DNA of 63,857 bases, counting the filler, from Octopus bimaculoides (taxonomy: Eukaryota): the NCBI RefSeq assembly GCF_001194135.2. It is 4 parts of 3 records of this genome, joined end to end, with 100 filler letters (N's around TTAATTAATTAA, not from the genome) between each part and the next. Parts side by side here need not be neighbours in the genome. Positions count along the whole stretch, not along the records: positions 43,618 to 56,273 come from NC_068996.1; positions 56,374 to 63,857 come from NC_068982.1; 2 more parts are not named here. One strand, written 5' to 3'. The translations under genes were made by a program, and so were the position numbers. The notes beneath the pieces were generated by a model. The model had not been told where the DNA came from and did not search any database. It saw only the letters and a program-made list of their open reading frames with translations. Shown in pieces: positions 51,042 to 63,857 of this stretch. Each line of letters begins with the position of its first letter. Position 1 is the first letter of the stretch.

Positions 51042-51997
51042 CAGGGGTTTTCAACCATTTAAAAAAATCTATGGATTCCTTTGATTTTGAATTTCTTTCA
51101 AAATTTCCATTTTGTTTTTCTCACACATTAACTGATGTAGGTTTAACAACATAAAATGCGAGAGAAAGAAACCTAACAGTTTCCATGTTATAAAACAGGG
51201 GTTCTCAACCAATTTTTTTTATATCTATGAACCCCTTTGATTATTATTTATTCTGTTGACGCCCAAAGCCATTCTGTGTTTAAAAACTAGTTTTACAGAA
51301 ACTTCTTTCAACATTTCTCTTTTGTTTTTCACATATTCACTTGTGTAGGTTGAAATATGTAAAATGTTAGAAAAAAAAAAACCTTGCTGTTTCTTAGAAT
51401 ACATACATCTAAAGTAGGGGTTCTCAGCCATGTTTTAAAATCTATGGACCCCTTTGATTACTATTTTATTCTGGTGGACCCCCAAAGCCATTCGATGTTT
51501 AAAAATTAGTTTTGTACAAACTTCTTCCACAATTCTTATTTTGTTTTTCACACATTAACTTGTGTAGGATGAAATATGTAAAATGTTAGAAAAAAAACCT
51601 TGCTGTTTCTTGCAAGACATACATCTAAAGTAGGGGTTCTCAACCATTTTTTAATCTATGTCCCCTTTGATTACTATTTTATTCTGGTGAACCCCCTTAG
51701 CTATTTGATATTTAAAAACTAGTTTTATAGAAACTTCTTTCAAATTTCCTATTTTGTTTTTCTCACACATTAACTTGTCTACGTTGAACTATCCAAAATG
51801 TTAGAGAAAGAAACCTGGCTGTTTATTGCAATAAATACCAATACATACATCAAAAGCAAAATGTTTTCAGAGCCCTTAAAATACTATTGTGGATCCTCAA
51901 ATTAATATTTTACTACGGGGAGTCTCAAAACGTCTTATATAGACTCTCAGGATCTCGGTTGAGAACCCCTTATAGGGATCCCGGATAAGAACCACGG
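51042..51997 (+). mobile_element. hAT (Charlie-type) MITE with a tandemly amplified 5' segment
   Basis: Left TIR (c/t)aggggttctcaacc recurs at 51042, 51196, 51415 and 51631. Right-end motifs ggttgagaacccct (51957) and ggataagaaccacgg (to 51997). Flanks ttctaaaa / ttctagac. Confidence 0.75.
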
Positions 51998-52654
51998 TTC
52001 TAGACTAAATCATCCCATCATTGAAAAAAAATAGTTCTATATATCATGGTAATCTATCCACTGAATTTATTTCCAATATTGTCTAATGTTCTCTCACTTG
52101 TCGTTACTTTTTCCTTCAAAAGTCTGTTATTGTACGATCCAGTCATGTAGAATGTCGCACAAGAATACACATACAATGGTATAGTAGGTTGTAGCTTATT
52201 AGAAAAACTTATTAATCAATAGACAATTTCAAAGTCCATTGTAGTGAGATATTGTAAAACTAGTAGCGTTGAGACAGAAACAATTTAAAGCAACGGCTTA
52301 GGTTTGGACCAACGGTAAATACTAATACTAATACAAGATAAATTGAAAGAGAAATTGTATAATTCAGACGACATGAAGCCAATTAATCCAGAAGCCTTTA
52401 AAACCAACTAAATCTAGGTTAATCTAGGAAAAAGTATTGGAAGAAAGGTCGACTATAGTCAACAAAGTTCTGAATAGAATAAGAGATACAAACAATAATG
52501 AATCAAATCGATTGCCAGTCGGAACAATTGCAACAAATTAATTAGGTTTGGATACCAAAGATTATTCTCTTAAAGCAAATAGAATAACAAAAGTAACTCC
52601 ATCAAATTAAATGAATAAATAAAGAAACAAAGGACCTCAAATTGAAATGTATAT

Positions 52655-52732
<78 letters not shown>

Positions 52733-53522
52733 GCCGTTAGAAGGCCCCCAACTTAAAGATGACATACTGTAATAGTAATGTTTGTTTAAACAAAAGTCAG
52801 TACGATCTCACCAGTATATCTTGAATTAATCATTCGAACGACTTGAAGCTAGTTGTTAGTTGTGACAGAGGAAATTGTGATAAAGATACTTATATAAAAA
52901 TACCATGAAGAGATTCAAAGTAAAAAGTGTCAAAGGAATAAATACATAAATAAACGGATATCATAAAAATGGCACCATATAGATGCTCGAAGGCACCTAT
53001 AGGCTCAGAGGCACCTGTATATTCTTTTTTTCTTTGATTTGTTTCAGTCATTTTGACTGCGTCTATGCTGGAGCACCACCTTTAGTCGAACAAATCGACC
53101 CCAGGACTTATTCTTTTGTAAGCCTAGTACTTATTCTGTCGTAAACGCAGCAACATCAGTTGTCAAGCTATGACAGGGACACAAACCAAGACATNNNNNN
53201 NNNNNNNNNNNNNNNNNNNNNNNNNNNNNNNNNNNNNNNNNNNNNNNNNNNNNNNNNNNNNNNNNNNNNNNNNNNNNNNNNNNNNNNNNNNNNNNNNNNN
53301 NNNNNNNNNNNNNNNNNNNNNNNNNNNNNNNNNNNNNNNNNNNNNNNNNNNNNNNNNNNNNNNNNNNNNNNNNNNNNNNNNNNNNNNNNNNNNNNNNNNN
53401 NNNNNNNNNNNNNNNNNNNNNNNNNNNNNNNNNNNNNNNNNNNNNNNNNNNNNNNNNNNNNNNNNNNNNNNNNNNNNNNNNNNNNNNNNNNNNNNNNNNN
53501 NNNNNNNNNNNNNNNNNNNNNN

Positions 53523-53626
53523 AGGTGTTTTCGCTCAATAAACGCTCACAACACCGGTCTGGTAATCGAAACCACGATCCTACGACCGCGAGTCCGCTGC
53601 TCTAACCACTGGGCCATTGCGCCTTC
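53523..53626 (-). mobile_element. tRNA-derived SINE head (young copy, remainder in gap)
   Basis: Minus strand GGCGCAATGGCCCAGTGGTTAGAGCAGCGGACTCGCGGTCGTAGGATCGTGGTTTCGATTACC has A and B boxes but continues into a SINE body without a matching acceptor stem. Confidence 0.8.
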
Positions 53627-53627
53627 A

Positions 53628-53670
<43 letters not shown>

Positions 53671-55654
53671 AATTCATTTTTTAACGTCAGGACAACAAAC
53701 ACCGGAGAAAGAAACATTCCAAGGGGAAACATACCCAAAACAACTGGACATATAGATCCTAAGATAATTAATCTTTCCAAAAGAGATCTTGACAGTGATG
53801 AAACTTGACAACCGGTATTAGCGTGTTTACGTCCTCGTAACGTAGCGGCTCGGCAAGAGAAACCGATATAATGAGTACCAGGTTTTAAAAAATCATTACT
53901 GGGTCGATTCATTCGACAAAAAAATTCAAGGCGGTGCTCCAGCATGGCCGAAGTCTAATGGTTAAAACAATTAAAAGATAAAAGAAAAGAAAGAAGCCAT
54001 GAAAGGTAAGATAGACTGATTGCCTGGAGATCTGCGGACATGTTTCTGTCACTAAAAGCATCATCAGCACAGCAGAGTCCTTCCTTTGTTTCTAGCAGAA
54101 CGTGATAAACGGGCATATTAAAAGAATTTTAGAAAGAAAAAACAAAAAACAAAACAATTGTGGCCTTTTCTCCACTGAAATGACTGGAATAGCAATATTT
54201 TGGGGTAGATATGTATTTATTTTAATATCAACATCTGCATGTCCTCATGTGCATATGTCTTGAAGTATTTTTAGTCGAATGAGTTGACCCTCGTACTAAA
54301 TTTTTAAGGGTAGGTAATTATTCTATCGGTCTTTTTTGCTGAGCCACTAAGTTACAGGAACTTAAACACACTAACAACGGTTGTCAAGCGGTGATAAGAG
54401 ACAGAGAGATACACGCACACACACGCACATACACATACACATGCGCGCGCGCGCGACGGGGTTCTTTCAGTTTCCGTTTACCAAGTTCACTCACAAGGCT
54501 TTGGTCGGCCAGAGCTTATAGTAGAAGGCAATGTTTCACGCAGAACCATGCGGTTGGGAAGCAAACTTTTTAACATACAGACACGCATGCGCATGGCTAT
54601 CAAAATACATTATTTTAGCCCTGCGTGAGCATAATGAGCCCTCAATGACCATTATGTAAAGTCCACTTCATCAACAATATTGCTCCTAGATTTTATTTTG
54701 GTTTAGCCAAAATCTCATTTAAAGCAAAATTTTATTAAAGTATTTGAACATTTAAGACAATCGAAAGAAGATACGGTACAACATATTTGTTTTTTTTAAA
54801 AGATAGTTCAAATTTGCATTCAGCTTCACAATACGTACATGGTAATTTCCGAATTTTCGTTTACATCTGTACTATAAACTTCGTTTAAATCAAAATGCAT
54901 AAATTTATTTCGAATGACAACAGTTTAATTTAACATGTATGGCTCTAGTCTTATTTTTAATACGACTGTAAACTTAGAATAAGCAGCCAAATCCATAGCA
55001 ATTTGAATTACACAATAATATTTGTTCGCAACGGATTTATATTTTTAATCTCCATTTTAGAGATTAGTGATATTAATTGCAAAGAGTTATTTCCATGGCG
55101 CTGCATTTGCAAAGCATTTCGTTTTGCATTGCGCCAGTCAAACTCAGCGGAAAAATGAATATCAACAACAGATGGGAATTAACAATGTGATGGACTGATA
55201 TCCTGTTCGGAGGAGGTGATGGCGGCGGCGGCGGCGGTGTTGAGTTTTCTAGTTGCAGCTGGTTATACGTCATGGAAAGAGGGATCACCTCCGGCCTACG
55301 CAGATAAAAAAAAACAACAAAATACTCTTTAACTTTATATGTATATATATATATATACACATACGCACACATACACATACACATACGCACACATACACAT
55401 ACGAATACACATACGAATACACATACAGCAAGTTAAAAATAATGGTCACGTACCTATTTTCCTTTATTGGAGTACGGTCAGTATAGAAAATACATAGCAG
55501 GGCTCAAAAGGATTTGAACTTAATTCCGAATTCTTTGAGAAATCCAATTCAAGCTGGTTTGCAGGTTGTAATGGAAATAGAAACAGTTAAGCTTGTAAAT
55601 ATAATTATATCAACCGTAACCCTGTTTATCGTCATTATACCTTAATGTATGTAT

Positions 55655-55699
<45 letters not shown>

Positions 55700-55761
55700 C
55701 ACATTGATAGGTGCTTACATACATACATACTTACATACAAACACACACACAGGCACACACA

Positions 55762-55825
<64 letters not shown>

Positions 55826-55924
55826 GTCATTGCGACCGCGGTTGAACATTCCTGATAAAGTCTGTCCACAATTCATGGTTATCCATTGTTCTTTGGATTT
55901 TATTATCATTATTATGTATTTCTT

Positions 55925-56100
55925 TATTGCCTACAGAGGGCTAAAAATAGAGGGGACAAACAACGACAGACCCCAGTGCCTAATTGGTACTTATTTAATC
56001 GATCCCGAAAGGATGAAAGGCAAAGTCGACCTCGGCGGAATTTGAACTCAGAACGTAAAGACAGACGAAATACCAATTTCTTTATTGCCCACAGGGGGCC
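55925..56100 (-). mobile_element. SINE family B copy, near-consensus
   Basis: Minus strand gttctgagttcaaattccgccgaggtcgactttgcctttcatcctttcgggatcgattaaataagtacc. Confidence 0.8.
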
Positions 56101-56554
56101 AAACATAGAATAGTACAAAACAACTGATTGGGATCAGTAATGCGAATGGTTTACATAAATATGACTTTAAAAATTTTATAAAATATAAAAAAATCGAATG
56201 ATATTAACAGTACGTTAGACAACACAAATGAAGCGATGATCAGGCCACGCTCCGACCCCACAAGCCCCGATCTNNNNNNNNNNNNNNNNNNNNNNNNNNN
56301 NNNNNNNNNNNNNNNNNTTAATTAATTAANNNNNNNNNNNNNNNNNNNNNNNNNNNNNNNNNNNNNNNNNNNNAAATAATCATAATTTTTCAAACTTTTT
56401 TTCGCTAAAAGCATTCCTGATTATCTCCTTCGTAACCCCGAAAAACCTTGTGACCATTGGTCCAGCCGTTTGATCGCGAATAGTGAACAGACAAATTGAC
56501 ATAACGCCCATTATAATAAGATTATTATTATTATTTTACGTTTGACTTTTGTTT

Positions 56555-56619
56555 TGCATTTGTACAAGTTGGATCCAAGTCTCACCCAGAGACCTCAAGA
56601 GACAACAAGTTAGGAGTTC

Positions 56620-56665
<46 letters not shown>

Positions 56666-57950
56666 GGAAATGCAACTCCTTGTTCAAATTGAACAAGGTA
56701 GCATAAATGCCACACCCGACGCAATAAACCTGCCGGATGGCAGCAGGATACACGTTGCTGTAGAGGGGCGCATACCAAAGTGCTACCTCTGCAGCAGCGA
56801 AAAACACCTAAAGAAAGACTGCCCCATCTACAAGCAAAGAGTGGAGGCAGACGAAAAAAGAAAATTCCTGCAGCAATAACAACAACAACAACAACCAAAA
56901 GCCTCCACACCACCAACACCATCACCACCAACACCATCACCACCAACACCATCACCACCAACACCATCACCACCAACACCATCACCACCAACACCATCAC
57001 CACCAACACCATCACCACCAACACCATCAGCACCAACACCATCACCACCAACACCACGAAAAGCGACACCACCATCTCCAGCCATCACCAAACCAACACC
57101 AACACCAACACCAAGAAACTCCACACCAAAGAAGAAAACAACAGAACCAACAACAACAGAACCAGCAACAACAACAATAGAAATTGCAAAAGAATTTTCG
57201 CCAGACCCTAAGGACATTCCCTTTCCAGATCAGATCAGCTCGGATTGTGCGAGCACTGATAGTGAGAAAGGGAAGTGGCACACTGTACCACCAACAAAAA
57301 AACTAAGAAGAAAGACAAAAGAAACAATTGACAAAGAGGGGAGGCGCGAAAAAGGTGAGCTTCCCAACCTCATCAGCAACAACAACACACACTCACAACA
57401 AATAGCAACACTTTCTCCACCGCAAACACCAACACTCCCACACACCACAAACGTAACAGCTATGAACACCAAAAATGAACATCTATTAAACTTTTTTAAA
57501 AACAGTACAAATGCAAATATCTCAAACTTCAGTATACCCTTATACAACGCACCACCAGCACACATATTCACACTAAAGATAAGCGAAGAAAACTACAATA
57601 AAATAAAATAAAAGTTTCCGAATAATGTTGGGTCGCTAGGGAGAAGTTTCTCCCAAAAACTTTATCGAAATTTAGTGGAAACACCCACACGGAAACATAG
57701 GGGAGCCACCCCACCAGAAAACAGTAAGTAGAGCTTTTTCTCCTCTAATACTTTCCTTTTTAAAAAAAAAAAAACATGGTAATTCTCAGAATTGGAAGTA
57801 TAAATGTGAGAGGCCTCGGGTTGCCTTGGAAACAAGGTCGCCTGTTGAACGACCTGAAGTCTTACAGTGTAGATGTAGCAGTCATTAGCGCAACCAGGCT
57901 CTCCGACCCGCAGGAACTCGCAGCCCTTTTTGGCGGATACGAGATTTTTC
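56555..57950 (+). mobile_element. Tx1/L1-clade LINE, element 1: ORF1 remnant with CCHC knuckle plus start of ORF2 endonuclease
   Basis: CYLCSSEKHLKKDC (C-x2-C-x4-H-x4-C, 56781-56822); low-complexity linker; ORF2 start at 57776 MVILRIGSINVRGL...KQGRLLNDLK...DVAVISATRL (APE N-terminus), breaking off near 57950. Confidence 0.8.
56905..57055 (+). repeat. 15-bp tandem repeat (caccaacaccatcac)n within the ORF1 linker
   Basis: About nine near-perfect units, visible directly. Confidence 0.95.
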
Positions 57951-59967
57951 TACCACACCCACGCTCACACCCACTCCGAACCAAATCAATCAAGGAGTCT
58001 ACTCCCCCAGTTGACACGGAAAAGCAGGTTTCTCCTGAATGCTCTTCCTCCCAAACCAACATCAACTGCAATGACCTGGAAAAAGAAGAGCTGAACAATC
58101 AATGGATCACAGTGATAATAAGAGGTAGGCGAAAGAGGAGGAAAGTACACATCCCTACTCCAATCAATCAACAACTTATTCTGAAATCACAACTGCAACA
58201 CAATTCACAACCACTTCAACAAAAACAACTAGAACAAGATCAGTTATTTAAAAACACAGCAACATCATCAACAACAGCTTGAAATCAGAGAAACACAGAA
58301 ACAACCAATTATAGAACTTCAAAATTATTCATCAGACTGTAGACAAAATGTGTCCATCAATTTCATTGTTGTGAACAAGTGTAACAGTGAATAGAAGGAT
58401 TTTGTAAGTTAAAATAAAGACAAAATAGAGACAGCAGGAAAGGAATTTGAGGATTTCATCCTCAAAACCCCCAGGGACAGAACTTTCATTAAAACGTCGT
58501 CAGACGTTTATAAAACTTTAATAGAAAAATTTCCAGGTAGTGTGGGGATTCTAAAAAAATCTGTTTATAAAACACTGTTGGAAGGGCCTTTAAAAGAATT
58601 TTACCAGTGAAACCCGGAACTTCCGGGCTTCTCGAAAATCAAGTTGACTAACCTCCTCATTTTCTTTCTCCGATTAGTATGGCTGTGTTGAGAATGTGGT
58701 GTGTGAATGTATGTGGTCTGGGATCAGCTTGGAAGCAATGTCACTTGCTGAATGATCTCAGGTCAATTGATTTGGATGTGGCTGCCATCAGTGAAACAAG
58801 GATCTCCGGAAAACACGCTCTAGCATCCATTTTCGAGGACTACGAGATATTCTCGTCTTGTGGTCTATCGGCAGCGGGTAATGGTATAGTAATGCTACTC
58901 CGGAGATCCTTAGATCTTCAAGTACGAGCTTTCTTCCTGGAGCCGGATGGTAGGGTGGTGGTCCTGGACGTGAATGGCAGCGAAGGTGGCGCCTTTAGAC
59001 TGGTGGAGGTTTATGCCCCAACAGGGGCTGCAAGGCCAGAATTCTTCAGGCGTCTAGAAACATTCTTGGGAACGTCTCGCACATTAGTATTAGTGGTAGA
59101 CTGAAATAATATTTTCGACGCACGAAAGGACTGTGTCGGTTTAGTACATAGTAGAAGGGGGTGTAAAAACCTCGAAAACCTACTCAGGACTTGCGAGCTT
59201 TCTGACAGGTACCGACTGCATTTCCCTGATGTGTCAATGATGGACATGGAGCAATCACAGCGGGTCATCCACATCGTAATTAGATAGAGTATCTGTTAGG
59301 TTAGAGGATAGAGATAGCATAGATTGTCCACGATTTAAATTGTTCGGCAACACAGATTACAAATTTGTGATATGTTCAGTCGATTTAGATAGGAGTCGTA
59401 GACAAGTACCCGGTTACTGGAAGTTGAATGTGTACTTACCGACTCGCAAAGATTACAGGGACCGGATTAGAGAATTAGTTAAGCGCAGGTGTGCAGGGGT
59501 GGCTATCGTCAACAATCGGTGGTAGATCACTCTGAAGAGAGTGATTAGAGTAGAATCGATAGTGTCTAGCAAAGGACAAAATTTTGTATTTTAGAAGTTA
59601 TTTCGTGTTAAAGTTGTCGTATTTGGGTAATTTTAACCAATCAATGATGTTTATTCAGCTGAAGAAAGTTACTGCTGTTTGCGAAAGTAATGGAAGAGCA
59701 GCAAGTTCCGGGTCATCTGTTTTGGACGCTGCGTACATATATGTACGTAAATACACAGACACATGTATACGTATATACACACACACACACACCAATACAT
59801 ACACACACGTCCATCACACACACGCACACACACACACATTCATGCTAAAGCTAAAACCCCGAATGGAAGCAAGGAAAAGGAGAGGATTTAATGAATTCAT
59901 ATGCAGTGGTAGGGGGCTGGTAGGTTTAAATAATCTGTCGTTCAGAACACACCACCACTCTTTCCGT

Positions 59968-60022
<55 letters not shown>

Positions 60023-60401
60023 ACGATTTGTTACGTTAAAAAATTAGGCGCAATCACTGAACGAGTTAACTGAAAACGATTAAAACGTATATTTGTGTGT
60101 TTGCATGCGTGTATGTATGTATATGTGTGTGCATGTATGTGTGCATGTATACATGTATGTATGTGTGTGTGTGAGAAAACGTGAGAATCTGTATAGTTGC
60201 TTGACCTGCTGGAAATAACAGCCAAATTTCTCTCAATGTCACAGGCTAACATTATATAAACGAGAGGACACAGGATAAGATGGGAAAATATCCACGCGCG
60301 CGCGCGCGCATGTATTCCCTATCAAAGAACTTTCTGTTTTCCTCACCCACCTTTCTTATCTTTTATACTTTTCTCCCACCTCTCTCTCTCTNNNNNNNNN
60401 N

Positions 60402-60446
<45 letters not shown>

Positions 60447-62745
60447 TTCATGACCCGATGACCCGGAACTTGTTCTTCCATTACTTTCGCAAACAGCAGT
60501 AACTTACTTCAGCTGAATACACGTCATTGATTGGTTAAAATTACCCAAATACGACAACTTTAACACGAAATAACTTCTAAAATACAAAATTTTGTCAAAA
60601 ACGTTAAGAGTTAACTGTTTTCTACGTGACACATTCAACCAGTATCCGAAGTTTCAAACTTTTTAGTTAAAAAAGATTAATTTAAAAATCTGTTAGTGAG
60701 ATTGAATAGATTCCGTGACCGATGTGTTAGCGGCGAGAATGGCCCTTGACCATTTTTTTTAGGTGAAACACGAAGGGTGCGTTATCAGAGCTATGGCCCC
60801 TGCGTTAAAACACGAAGGAACTAACGCCGTCCGATGGGCCCTAACGGTAGAGACGTGACGTGAAACAAAACCACGATCAAGTCTTTTACGGATCAGAACG
60901 GACGCGTGCTACTCGGTTCTGAGCAGATGTGTGCGGCTTTCCAACAGCACTTTGCGCGACTATTTGGGGAGGGTGATTGGTCGACGACAGTAGCGAACTT
61001 TACTTCGTATCTAGACGGTCTACCATGGCTCTCGCAGACGGACGCGAGATTCTGCGAAAAGCCGATTACAACCTCTGAAATACAGGAGGCGATGAGCGAT
61101 TGTACAAGTCACAAATCGCCCGGTTTGATGGTCTGCCCAAAGAATTTTTTGTTTTCATGCCAGATTTGTTTGTCCGCCTCATGGCAAATGTTTAAAGTAA
61201 CTGACGACAAAATGGGAGAATTTCTAGTGCTGTTTGCCGGGGTGTAGTAACACTGCTGAAAAAGGACGCCGACAATGATAGGGAATTTTCGGTCCATGAA
61301 TCTGTTAAACACAGAGTTTAAGATCTTGACCAAAGTGTTAGCGAAAAGGTTGGCGCATGTCGTTGATAGTCTGGTTGAGGATGCACAAACGTGCGCAATC
61401 CACAACCTCCACCTTATGCGATACATCGTAGAGAAGGCTGGGACTAAAGCTAGCTTCGGTGGGGTCCTGATCAATTTAGATCAGTCGAAAGCTTTCGATA
61501 GGGTAGACCACCGCTACTTGGAAGCCATCCTTAAATTAGCCGGTTTCGGACCCGTATTCAGAGGCTGGATTGCTGCAATGCACAGTGGCACCTGCTCGGT
61601 AGTCAAAGTAAATGGCCACCTATCGGAACCGTTTAGTATCGCACGTTCGGTCCGTCAGGGCAGCCCGCTGTCACCCCATCTGTATGCGCTGGCTCTCGAG
61701 CCACTGCTGCTGAAGTTGGAACAGTTAAGAGGCTTCCCTATCGAAATTGGACTCGAGAGGGCAGTGTCTGTATACGGAGACGACGTCACCGTCATGGTGT
61801 CGGATACCTCCGAAGTGGAGACAGTTGGCTCCATTCTAGAAGAATATGAGTCGGTTGCAGAGGCTAAAATCAATGCGGACAAGATGGTGGGATTGCGACT
61901 GGGCACCGGGAGAGGCAGATCGATGTCGTCGGATGCTGGACTGAAGGACCAGCTAAACTGCTCGGAGACTGGTTTGGTCCCGACCTCCAGATGGATAAGA
62001 TTTGGGAAGAAGTGATGAACAAGATGACCTCTCTTACCCAGAAATGGGTAGAGAGGAAGTTGTCCCTGAAAGGTCGGGAAGTGGCGGCAAATACCTATAT
62101 CGCTTCCGTCAGTATTTATAGTCTGGCCGTCGTACCTTGCTCTAGTTACTGTTTGATTAGATTGGAGCGTATCCTGTTTATTTTCTTGTGGAATGGACAG
62201 GTTCCAATGGTTAGGCGGTCGGTCTGTTGCCAACTTCCTTTGTGTGGTGGCTTAGCCATGCTTTTAATGCGCAAATATGCACTCAGGTTGCGCTACTTGC
62301 TGCGAATTCTAGAAGGTGAACATGTGTGGTCTCCGTTTGTGAGACACGCCTTTCCGCAGTTCGTCTCCTTGACGGAGCTTCAGTCCTGGGTAAAGGATAG
62401 GCTGAGACTGGGCGCCTGACACTTAGAATGCCGCCAGACGCTCACTGTCCTCTACAAGTCGGGCAACAGGATCGGTGGATGTTCCACTTTAGATATTTAC
62501 AGAAGATTAGTAGCGGAGAAGTGCGACGACGTCCTCGGAGAGACCCTAGGCGTCGACTAAGACGAACTGACAAGTCAATTCCGAAGGACTGTCCGGTCGG
62601 GGACTGTTATAGATAATTTCCAGATGTCTTTAGTCTAGCAGAACTACCAGGGGCGCTACCAGTTCGAGATAAACTCTACAGGCACGGATGTGCTGTCAGA
62701 CGGGCTTGTCTGAAGTGCCTACAGAGTGACGTAACCGTTTTTGTG
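57950..62745 (+). mobile_element. Tx1/L1-clade LINE, element 2: ORF1 C-terminal part plus degenerate ORF2 (APE endonuclease and RT)
   Basis: EN from 58679 (VNVCGL...DVAAISETR...FRLVEVYAP...VVD*N...LDRV...DYK...GYWKLN). RT at ~61250-62000 (LLNTEFKILTKVLAKRL, LDQSKAFDRVDH, SVRQGSPLSP, YGDD at 61773-61784, KIN). Post-RT region and start of a C-terminal CxxC near 62710. Multiple stops and frameshifts. Confidence 0.92.
59575..60596. mobile_element. ~1.0-kb non-autonomous TIR element (~145-bp TIRs) interrupting Tx1 ORF2
   Basis: 59575-59719 is the reverse complement of ~60450-60596 at high identity. LINE coding homology stops at 59574 and resumes near 60700. No TSD found. Confidence 0.85.
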
Positions 62746-63420
62746 TTGATAACAACTAATTATCGAAACACCCACGATTAATCAATAAATAAACTGTCAC
62801 ATACATACACACATATCACAAAAACACACACAAAATTCCCATAAAACCAAGCACACACCACAATAAAACACACACACCCCAATAACACACACACACCACA
62901 ATAACACACACACACAGACACAGACACACACACCACAATAACACACAGACACANNNNNNNNNNNNNNNNNNNNNNNNNNNNNNNNNNNNNNNNNNNNNNN
63001 NNNNNNNNNNNNNNNNNNNNNNNNNNNNNNNNNNNNNNNNNNNNNNNNNNNNNNNNNNNNNNNNNNNNNNNNNNNNNNNNNTCAATAATACACATACACA
63101 CAACATACACACACTCACTCACAAACATTCTCATAAACTCAAAATCACACAACATAGACCCACGCACCACAAATTCAGGAACATATATTATAAGAAAGTG
63201 ACTCTAAAGTGAAGTTTTACTAAGAACATAGGTACAAACTGTTAACACATAGTTGTTTTCCCTCTTTGACTTCCAAAAAGATTCTTTTCCATATTTGATA
63301 ATAAGGATGCATCGAAGCTGATTGTATTTTAAATGAATTACTGTAACAAAAATATTAAACGTTGTCTAAAATATACTTCTGTGTCTTTTCCAAGTTTTTT
63401 AACCCTTTTTTTCAACTTAT

Positions 63421-63739
63421 AGGACGTCACCAAATGTATAAACAACATGAAATACGAAAACAAGCGAGTTAAATACGCAAACAACGAGAGAAAAAATATG
63501 GAAAACAGGACAAGTAAACACAGAGAACGAGACTTCATCAGTTGTTGGGTGCCTATCTACACCTCATTTCGAGCATTCACCGACAATGCTCGAAATGAGG
63601 AGTAGATTGACAGCCGACAACTGATGAAGAGTCATTCTCAGTGTTTACGTCTCCTGTTTTCCATTTTTCCTTTCGTTGTTTGCGAATTTAACTCGTTTGT
63701 TTTCGTATTTCAAGTTGTGTACACAGTTGGTGACGTCCT
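63421..63739. mobile_element. Fold-back element, ~157-bp arms with a 7-nt loop (same family as 41961-42294)
   Basis: Arms 63421-63577 and 63585-63739. Innermost cctcatttcgagcatt / aatgctcgaaatgagg is a perfect pair. (TA)n on the right. Confidence 0.85.
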
Positions 63740-63786
63740 GTACCGATATATGCATATATATATATATATATATATATAAGGTTTTT

Positions 63787-63857
63787 AAACTTTTAAATTT
63801 TCATATTCAAAAGAGACAGAGACTCTGTCTCTTTTGAATATGAAAATTTAAAAGTTT
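63787..63857. repeat. Perfect 35-bp inverted repeat with a 1-nt loop, running to the window edge
   Basis: aaacttttaaattttcatattcaaaagagacagag-a-ctctgtctcttttgaatatgaaaatttaaaagttt. Confidence 0.95.

Noticed and set aside
53523-53626. Possible tRNA gene
   Set aside because: A and B boxes are present, but there is no complete cloverleaf and it runs into a repeat body. It is a SINE head.
63605-63660. CTGATGA as a hammerhead core in the 63421/41961 family
   Set aside because: No GAAA after a plausible stem II, and no consistent stem I or III in either permutation tried.

Overview
AT-rich, microsatellite-saturated eukaryotic genomic DNA with several N gaps. The repeat families and (TA)n/(CA)n density look like an octopus (coleoid cephalopod) draft scaffold; this is inference from repeat recognition, not a database match. 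I cannot identify any host protein-coding gene with confidence, and almost all ORFs in the track are microsatellite or N translations. Recognisable coding remnants are all mobile elements: a CR1-type LINE 3' end (~300-1025), two CRE-clade non-LTR fragments absent from the ORF track (14366-14917, 47011-47320), two RTE 3' ends, a deleted DD37D maT element, a full-length 1291-bp mariner with TIRs and an inactivated transposase (43645-44935), and a composite Tx1/L1-clade LINE (~56555-62745). There are also many tRNA-derived SINE copies and hAT/other MITEs. The most unusual signal is a set of fold-back (inverted-repeat) elements next to (TA)n tracts. Two of them carry Penelope-type minimal hammerhead ribozyme motifs between their arms (27470-27509 minus strand; 35680-35738 plus strand). 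A CpG-depleted domain (~17.8-42 kb) suggests a methylated gene body whose exons I could only tentatively locate.
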